A program made the translations under genes and the position numbers. From assembly GCA_905178155.1 (NCBI GenBank), contig CAJINV010000005.1:1108564-1172563 (forward strand): a DNA stretch of 64,000 bases, in the 5' to 3' direction. Within the stretch, counting starts at the first letter, position 1. The number at the start of each line of letters is the position of its first letter. Shown here in pieces: positions 50,501 to 58,449 of this stretch. The notes beneath the pieces are model-generated. The model saw only the letters and a program-made list of their open reading frames with translations, did no database searches and was not told where the DNA came from. This stretch comes from Amoebophrya sp. A120. Its lineage: Eukaryota; Protista; Dinoflagellata.

Positions 50501-53096
50501 AAGGAACTGTGTAAGTGTAACTCCGTAAAAATGCAGAACATGCAACAGTAGAGTTACACCTGTCATGCCACACGACAAGCATGAAGTCCTCGTTTCATGT
50601 GTGTTTTATCCCCTCATAAGGCACCCATGACAGGTTATTTTCTCTGTCATGTAGAACAAATTTGTGATGCTGTCAGGGAAAGAAAGTTACACTAACACAG
50701 TTTTTTTATTGGATACCACGGACCGATCCGCCCTGCTGGAGAACGGCAGGCCCGACGTGTATCCTGAGTAAAAATGTCCCCACCCCAGAGTTGTCATGCA
50801 GATTTGCGATGACAGGAAGACTTGTAATGCGCATCTCCATGAGAGGCAATACCAGTCGTGTTTTGGAATTTGTGATGCTGTGAACAGGATGAGGAGGTGG
50901 ATTTGTTATGCGGCTTCCCTTGCTAAACTGCACTACAATACAGCCTGCAACTTGTCATGCGTGACTCACAAAACTCCTAGGTTTGTGGTGCTAAGTCCCC
51001 AACTTGACTCTAGTGTGGGGACGTTTTTACTCAGGATAACGTGCAGAAGAGCTTCAACCTGGTCCTGGTGCCGTTCGGCTGGAAGAGCCGCGCGCTGTGG
51101 AAGCAGCACACGGAGAGGCTGGTCGAGCAGCTGGAGCACGACTACCCGCCGCTGAACGCGCGCGAGATGGGCGGCCGGTTGAATTGGCACCGGATCGACG
51201 CCTGGCCGAGGTTTGTGGGTTCGGGGGTCTCCGACTACGAATGCAACGACGTCTATCCAGGAAAAAACACCCATCCCCATCCAATTTGTCATGCAAAACA
51301 TGCATAAAATACACTATTTGTCATGCAAAAAATGGATGGGGATGGGTGTTTTTTCCTGGATAACGTCACGGGATGGGACTTCGTCAACTGCTTCTTCGAC
51401 GCGGACCGCGACTGGTACCGGATCGCACGCTTCGCGAACGACCAGTGCAATCGCGAGTACCAGGCCCAGGGTGGATTGGCGCACATGACGGTGCTCGTCC
51501 AGGCACGCATGGATCACCGTTCCGAGAGCGACAACGCGTACGGATTCGCCATGATGTCCTGGAACACCCTATCCTAAGGAAAAACGTCCCCGCCCCAGAG
51601 TCAAGATGGGGACTTTGCAACACAAACCTCGAAGTTTTGGGAGTCATGCATTACAAATTGCAGGCTCTAGTGTAGTAGTTCAGTTTAGCAAGGGAAGTCG
51701 CATTACAAATCCATCTGCTTAATATCCTGTTTACAGCATTACAAGTTCCAAAACATGATCGGAAATCCCTATCATGTGGATGCGCATTACAAATGCTTTT
51801 GTGCTTGCAGATCTGCATGGCAACTCTGGGGCGGGGATGTTTTCACACAGGATACACCCTGCTGACCCCGGCGGTTCCGGGGTGGAGCTACAAGACCGCG
51901 GCCTTATCAAATGTGAAAATGTCTGGGTCTGGAACGATGTAACTTGTGATGCGCATTTCAGAACACACAAAAATCTCTGATGCATAGGCAGCAAAAGCTG
52001 CTCACTTTCTGTCACCAAAGTGGGGGACTTGCCATGCGGATTCGGCATTGCGGACGCTTCTCGAAACCTGTGATGCAGCTTCCACGCCAGACCTTCTGTG
52101 TCATGCAGAAACAGCATGACTCTTCCAGACCCAGACATTTTTACATTTGATAGGCCTCCACGGTCGCCCACGAGCTGGGCCACGCCCTATTCGGCCTGGA
52201 AGACGAGTACCATTGGACGACAACCAGCACTTTCTTCCCGAATTGCGGCAACGAAAAGTCGCAGTGCAACCGCTGGCTCGACCTGATCGACGCGGGGCTT
52301 TCCGGCTGCTACAAAGGCAGCTGCCAGGAGGAGCAAGGCTACATCGACGGGCCGGAGGTGGACAGCGTCATGGCCTGGTACGGCCGCCAAATGTCGCACA
52401 GCCAGAAGCGGATCTCCTGTTGCAAGTACTTCAAAGTGCACAAGTTCACGCCTGCCTACTGCGACGTGTACAACCGGACGTATCGCAACAGGACCCTGCA
52501 GCGCCCCGTGAACGTCACGGTTCAGCAGGACGGCTGGGTGGTGGACGAAAGTAAGCACAATCTGGCCGGCTACTACAAGGGCCCGGTGCCCTTGCCGCTG
52601 CAGCAGAAGCTGATGGAAACCAGACTGGCGCCGAGGGTGGTATGGCGTTCTCAAATGTTACATTCTCAACTGTTACATGATTTGTCATGCAAAATTTAAA
52701 TTGCAAGCAGAATCGATGTGATTAAGCTGCTGCGCTGCATGATAAATTCTAGAGGAGCCAAACAGGCTGAGAATCTCTCTGTGCCAAATCTGTGATGCGA
52801 GACGTGCAAGGTCATCCCTTTTACTTTTGTCATTCGCGCATCACAGATTCATGTAACAATTGAGAATGTAACAGTTGAGAGCGCCATACATGGACTGGGC
52901 CACGGTTTCCGCCGACGGCGTGGTTCAGCTGGACATCACCTTGAATCCCAAGTCCGAGTTTTATCCGGGCCAGGATGTGGTGCTCGACCTGGCCGGCTTC
53001 TGCGACGACCCGGGGCACTGGCGCAACCAGGAGCTGGACGTGAAAGCCAGTCATCCGCTCTTGGGAAAAGTCGAGTACCCGGACGTGAAAAACTAA
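44561..53096 (+). CDS. 1787-aa membrane-anchored protein: N-terminal TM, nine EF-hand/Cys modules, C-terminal HExxH zinc metallopeptidase (M64-like); 13 introner introns
   Basis: Removing 13 elements plus one TSD each leaves 5364 nt in one open frame; TM LCGVFVAVVLAFLSGVLV; DTDHDGFLSAEE loops; TVAHELGHALFGLEDEY...PNC...DSVM. Confidence 0.88.
45113..45263. mobile_element. Introner, TIR type 3, TSD tcctg
   Basis: tatgcattgcaaaagtatcgtacccgta...tacgagtgcgatacttttgcacaggata. Confidence 0.92.
45301..45590. mobile_element. Introner, TIR type 2, TSD gtgtt/gcgtt
   Basis: tatcctatgtaaaaacgttcccaccacatag...ctatggtgtgcgaacgtttttaaatacgata. Confidence 0.9.
45668..45982. mobile_element. Introner, TIR type 4, TSD gcgca
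   Basis: tatggaagcgtcaggttt...aaacctgacgcttccata. Confidence 0.93.
46020..46168. mobile_element. Introner, TIR type 3 (inverted relative to 45113), TSD tacct
   Basis: tatcctgtgcaaaagtatcgtattcgta...tacgagtgcgatacttttgcattccata. Confidence 0.92.
46210..46474. mobile_element. Introner, TIR type 1, TSD cgagc
   Basis: tatgcattgcaaaaatgtctgggtctgga...tccagacccagacatttttacagttgata. Confidence 0.93.
46916..48876 (+). repeat. Coding tandem repeat, 624-bp unit, about 3.1 near-identical copies (two EF-hand/Cys modules per unit)
   Basis: Identical shadow ORFs at 47076/47700/48324; very few substitutions between units. Confidence 0.95.
49795..50073. mobile_element. Introner, TIR type 2, degenerate TSD ctgtg/ctacg
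   Basis: tatcctgtgcaaaaacgtcgtccccacaccatag...ctatggggtggggacgtttttacatagcata. Confidence 0.88.
50180..50444. mobile_element. Introner, TIR type 1 (inverted relative to 46210), TSD gtttt
   Basis: tatggactgcaaaaatgtctgggtctggaaga...tcttccagacccagacatttttacatttgata. Confidence 0.93.
50492..50715. mobile_element. Introner, TIR type 5, TSD ccacg
   Basis: tatgcaagaaaggaactgtgtaagtgtaact...agttacactaacacagtttttttattggata. Confidence 0.9.
50760..51038. mobile_element. Introner, TIR type 2, TSD acgtg
   Basis: tatcctgagtaaaaatgtccccac...gtggggacgtttttactcaggata. Confidence 0.93.
51254..51362. mobile_element. Minimal introner (109 bp), TIR type 6, TSD acgtc
   Basis: 30-bp perfect TIR tatccaggaaaaaacacccatccccatcca. 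Confidence 0.94.
51570..51854. mobile_element. Introner, TIR type 2 (inverted relative to 50760), TSD caccc
   Basis: tatcctaaggaaaaacgtccccgccccagag...ctctggggcggggatgttttcacacaggata. Confidence 0.92.
51905..52152. mobile_element. Introner, TIR type 1, TSD ggcct
   Basis: tatcaaatgtgaaaatgtctgggtctggaa...ttccagacccagacatttttacatttgata. Confidence 0.93.
52641..52888. mobile_element. Introner, TIR type 7, degenerate TSD ggtgg/catgg
   Basis: tatggcgttctcaaatgttacattctcaactgttacatga...tcatgtaacaattgagaatgtaacagttgagagcgccata. Confidence 0.9.
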
Positions 53097-54731
53097 AACT
53101 CGGTTGATGCAGCAGTCTCACCGGTGATTTCTAGTGCTTAAGTCGAAGAACAATTGCAGTAGCTTGAATTATAGCAACCAATACAATTTGAATTTCAATA
53201 CCATGATTATGCTCTCTCTCGAGTTTTCAAAAAAGCGAAACGAAAGTAAGTATCATCACGACAATTTATCGTTGCGCATCAACAAAATGAATGTACTAGA
53301 GATTCCAATAGAAGGAGATGACTCTCTAAGCTTTCCTGTTTATTAAATTTGTCTTTATGTTCGAGCATATGGATTTTGTGCCACTGACTTTCATCAATTT
53401 AACGTTTCACTCCGATCGTTTCAGATTTTTCTCGGGCTGAGACTCATTCTGCAAGCCGAGAGAACGTAATTCAGACTTGATTCACTAGCAAAGTGTATCC
53501 AAACATCAAAATGATAATTGCATACTGTAAAGATATGGAATTTAAAATTGTAACAACCTTGTGCTGTGGATATGGTGGGCCGTCATCAAAAATCTCTTAT
53601 GTTTACTAGCACGATGAGCACGACCACACAGAGGACAGGAAGTAGCATCAAACTAAATGTATCCCACAACTATGGTGCATCTGAATTTCAACTTTCCTGC
53701 AGTTAGGCATGACAAATTGATATCTACTTACTGCAAATTAATAAGAATTGGAACGAAGCTCCGAAATAAAGAACAGGCAAGGCTATTAATGCCGGGACGG
53801 GACAGACAACTGCTAGCTTAATGTACAATGCAGAAGTGAAAAAATCATAATAGGTAGCCCTCTTCGCTTCTGGAGGTCGTCAATAGCGACCCGCAAGACA
53901 CGGACCCCTGGAGAGTGCTTGCTAGAGGGCTCGCCAAATAAACCGCTTGCTAAAGTAGTTTTATCCACGCGCTTTCTCGTTCAAAAAAACAGCGCGGTTT
54001 TTTCGTATCGCGTGAAAGTAGACGAAGAAAGGTCGGTCTCGTACTTCATCTGTACCGTTTCGGTATATACGAATCAATAAACTTCGGTCTCGTGGTGCGT
54101 CCCCTTCCCTGGTTGTCGTCAGAGGCGGAGCTGCCCTGTTCTTGTGGTAGTCGAAACTTGATTATGCATATCTTGGTTGTGCAGCTTTAGCTTAAGGTCG
54201 GTAATATCAGTTCGAAGTTTTTCGTCCACTCCTTCGTGTTTGCATACGTTCCGCTTAGTTGACGTTCGTTCACTCGTTCTTTTTTTCGTGGATGTTTCTT
54301 CCGTTCATGCTAACAAATGTGCGAACAGATTTTTTTCCACACGATTTCAGGCAGAACTATCTTGAGACGACGTTTTTTCCCCTTAATTCATCTGCCACCA
54401 CCCAATTTTTTTTCTGTTTCGTTTTTCGCAAAAATCGGGATAGAATTAAAGAAGACGGTTTTTTCTCTCAAAAAGCTCATTTACGGTCTCTTGGACTACG
54501 AGGCATATCCTGCCTCGTAGTTTTTTTTTGAAAAAGAATATCAAAAAATACAAATTGCAAGAAAGGCCCGCACTAAATTGCAAAGCCCGAAGATCATCTC
54601 AAAAGAGCAGTAGCAGCTTTCCGGCATATCCTGTTCGCTTAAAATTCCCCCAGACAAGTCAAAGTTTAAACAGTCAAAGTTTAAACCATCACACCTCCAC
54701 TCCTCTTCGTGCGCAAGAAAGACACACGAAA

Positions 54732-56991
54732 ATGGCTTCCTTCAAGTCTATACCGGTGATTACGCCCTACACCTACAGTTCGAACATGGGTCCGGGCAGC
54801 GAGCACGGGGGTCCCTTTTACCCGCTCGGGCAGCAGTACCACCAGCCTGACATGCTGGCCGACCAGCTGAAGAAGGAGCGAAATCCCCCGCGAGCGGTGA
54901 TCACGGGCGTGAACACGGACTTCAAGCTGGACTCCTCTCGCCGGCTGCGGTGGAACGACCCAAAGTCCGGGGTCGTCGACCAGTGTACCATGTACACCTA
55001 CGGGCAGCCGGACTCTCACCGCTCCTGCCTATGCATTGCAAATATCGATCTGGGTCTGGAAGGTCGTTGCAAATTGTCATGCTAGTACGGTTGGATCGTG
55101 CAAAATAAAAATTTCAATTTGTGTTGCATGGCTACCAAAAGTAGTTCGTTGTCCACTTTTATTAAACAAGTTTAGAGGCAGCTTATTCATCTCATGCAGG
55201 GGAGGCATGATAGAGATCTCACAGAATCTTCTGTCATGCTCATGGGCCATGAAATAAAACCAGCATGACCACAAGTCTCGCTATTCTCCAGAAGATCCAG
55301 ACATATATTTGCAGTTGATACTGCGTCACCAGCTACAACAAGGACGGCCTCACGATGAACTCCTTGTCCCACTACAACAAGGTCGGCGCCAAACACCTGC
55401 AAGCCCAGTCGCGGTCCAGTCTATCAAAAGTAAAAATGTCTGGGTCCTCTGGGAACTTGTGATGCTGGGTAGCGTCTCATGATGAGGCTACAAATGCTGG
55501 CTCAGCATGACAAGTTTCTGAGCTCCTCGGTGTTGCCTATTCTGCATGACAAACTGCGTAGTTTCTGCATCACGGAAAAGCGGAGCTGCTCTTGGGTAAC
55601 GTGCATGACAGATCATTTAAGAGTCATGCCAGACAAGCATGACAAACATGAACAATTCTTCCAGACCCACACATTTTTACTTTTGATACCGTCCCATCCA
55701 CTCCTACTTCAGCGAACCGAGAAGAAAGGTGCCGGACATCGGAACCAAGGTGTGGGATAACTTCGGCATCGACGGCCACATGAAGGCAACGTCAGAGGAG
55801 ATCGGCAACTGGTCGCCGTTGTGGTACTTGATAGTGTGAATGAAATTCTCAACTTCTTATTTCGGCGTGCTTTAAATTTGATATTGTTTCCTCTGCGCTT
55901 GCTTTCTCTTCCAAACGAAAAACGTTGTTGATCCGCAACTTGATAGTTGCCCTCGGTATTAGTGCACTTGAAGAAGTTGTCGCAAAATCGTTTATTGAGA
56001 CGGCGATCCTCGGCCTCGGGCTAAAGCTAATCCTGAAGAAGTTCTTACAGGGTTCTCATGCGAGAATCTGTTGAAAAAAAATAACCACCAGGTACCGCGC
56101 CGTGAACGACATGAACGTGTATGCCAACCTGCGACCGGACACCATGAAAGCCCTCGGTCTCGAATACGAGGAGCCGGGCGTCAGATACGGCATGATCAAC
56201 GGGGAGTTTCTTCCCAAGGTCGAAAAAGTGAACGATTCCGCGCGAAGTTCGGCGTGGAGCGAGAACCACAAGTACGTGGGGTATCCCAAAGAACCCTCCA
56301 TGCAGGCCCGGGCCTACTACGGCAACGACGCGCGGACCAGCTTCGCCTTGGCCGACGTCCAGAAGTACATGTCACCGCTATGCCACTGCAAACCAATTTG
56401 TCAGTCGTGTTTGGGTCGGGATTATTTCTGGTCATGCGAGTTTATGTAAAAGTACTACAGAAACTTCAACAGGATCTTTATCTTTTGTGATGGTACGAAC
56501 ATAGATAGGACAAGGAGCATTTTTGAGGGTTATTTCTTCTTGTTTTCTCATGCTGGGCGTTGTACCAATTGCAATAATTTTCCAGACGACATAAAGATAC
56601 CCCTGAAGTTGTAGTTGTCAAAACAATCGCAAACTTGTCATGCGGTCGTGGACCACAGAAAGCCTTTGAATATTTCCACTCTGAATAGCTTGTGCACAGC
56701 AACACAACTAGAACTACGCTGCATCCTTTACCCAGACCCAGCAGACAACATGTTTGCAGTGAATAACCGGTCTCCATCGCGAACTCGGACCCCACGTCTC
56801 TCCTGCGCGCACAGAAGAACCGGGTTCGGGAGGAGGTTTTGGCGCAGGTGCGCCGGGCACCGCAGTACGGGAGCCACCGGGGGAGCGGGGGCGGGAGGGC
56901 ACTGTCCAGCGGAAGGACCGCGTCGACAACGCACTCCACACCGAGGGCCGGCGACTTCATGCGGAAGTCCGCCTCCACACCGAGAATGTGA
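54732..56991 (+). CDS. Hypothetical protein with three introners and one GT-AG intron (55824-56091)
   Basis: Frame restored across elements: HRSC|VTSYNK, SRSS|PIHSY, YMSP|VSIANSD; stop at 56989-56991. Confidence 0.8.
55030..55320. mobile_element. Introner, diverged TIR type 1, TSD ctgcc/ctgcg
   Basis: tatgcattgcaaatatcgatctgggtctgga...tccagacatatatttgcagttgata. Confidence 0.87.
55422..55688. mobile_element. Introner, TIR type 1, TSD cagtc/ccgtc
   Basis: tatcaaaagtaaaaatgtctgggtc...gacccacacatttttacttttgata. Confidence 0.9.
56379..56765. mobile_element. Introner, strongly diverged type 1-like, TSD accgc/accgg
   Basis: tatgccactgcaaac...gtttgcagtgaata with a residual cagacccag motif. Confidence 0.8.
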
Positions 56992-57541
56992 AGATGTTGA
57001 TTTATGTATTATTTTCAACACAAAAGTCTAAGTCTTCACAGGCATACTTCGTTCTGACTCAGTGGTGGAAAACCGCGAAACTCAAACTCTGTTAAGTACC
57101 CCTCCTGGAAGATGAAATAAACAAGAAGTCGGAAAGAACTGATGAACCTACCACTCTACTCCCGTTCTGCAACTTTTCCCCAAAGCAAAGTTTATCGACA
57201 AAAAAGCTTTTTTTTTCTTTTTAGCAATTTGAAACTACTTCCTTGAGACAAAATAAAGGACAACCGATATTGTGGTTATTCTGTAGAAATAAATCATTCA
57301 CGTTATTTGACAAGTTCTGTCTCTACTACTTTCGGCCTGCTTTCGCACTTGAATTTCATAACCTTGTACTTTTTATTTTTGGCTAGAGGCTCGTGTCATG
57401 ATCATTTTCGGGAAGAGATGTTGACTTCTGGAAGTAAACGAACTCGCGCCAGAACTACGCCCTCCTGGAAAAAGGAAAAGGTGTAGAGACCTCCAGAATC
57501 AATGCATGTCATGGAACTTTTTAGACACAAACGTCATGTAC

Positions 57542-58400
57542 ATCATTTCAGTTGGATCAAGTAGAGGATGATTGTGACAGAACTCCTTACATGGTAGGGA
57601 GAATGATCGACACTGTAGCCTCGCTACAGTTGTGTCGTCAACATGTATTTTACATAAATCGCAAAGGTTCAAGTTCTCGCTCTTCTTCCAAGAATCAAGA
57701 TCATGAAGGATCTCATGAAGTCCCCAGATCTCAACCTCAAGGTCAAAAATCTTTACACAGAAGAATCTTCTGCTGTATTCCTGGACTGTCGGCACACGAA
57801 CGATCCAGCGATCGCCGCGAGCTGAACCCTGTGGTCCTCGCCAAAGTTGATCTATTTACGGACGAGCTCACGAACACATCGATGCTTTTGCTGGTGGGGG
57901 TTTCCAGAAAAGTCCCGCTTTCCTGATCTGCTCGTCATGTTGATCACTTCTTGGCCAACATGTGCTAAATGCAGAAATAATCAATTAATATTCAGAATAA
58001 ACTAAACCACTCCAGCACAGCTACACAAATTATCACCCTACTTAGAGGCTGAAATAGTCTTCTTGTTTGCAGACATAAGCTTCACTGTAGTACTATACCA
58101 AAGTAGGTGTAGGATTTTGATTTTGTTCCATTTGTTTTGTGAAAAACCAAAAAGCTTCTTCACTAGGAGAGTAGACTCCACTCTTCAAGTCGTACCACAT
58201 AAATACCAAAAACCACCAACAATAATCTCTTGAGAAAAAAATTGAGTTGCCACCCGACTCTCTCCATCAATCCGCTGTAAGATTTGGGAATCAATCGTAA
58301 TTTTTCCTACACCGCTGTAAGATTTACCTTCTACTTTTGCAATAGTAGACGAAAAAGGAATAAAACCAGAATACGTATTGATCATTGTGTTTACCTGAAA
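57542..58400 (+). repeat. ~850-bp direct repeat, copy 1 (upstream of the lipase gene)
   Basis: Colinear with 63181-63993 from atcatttcagttggatcaagtag to atcattgtgtttacctgaaa. Confidence 0.93.
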
Positions 58401-58449
58401 TAACTTGTTGCGAGCCGTTTTCTTCTATTTACAAAAAGAAAAAAAAGAC

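Noticed and set aside
45113-52888. CRISPR-like repeat/spacer appearance
   Set aside because: The repeats are inverted pairs with TSDs inside a eukaryotic gene, the spacers are exons, and no cas genes are present
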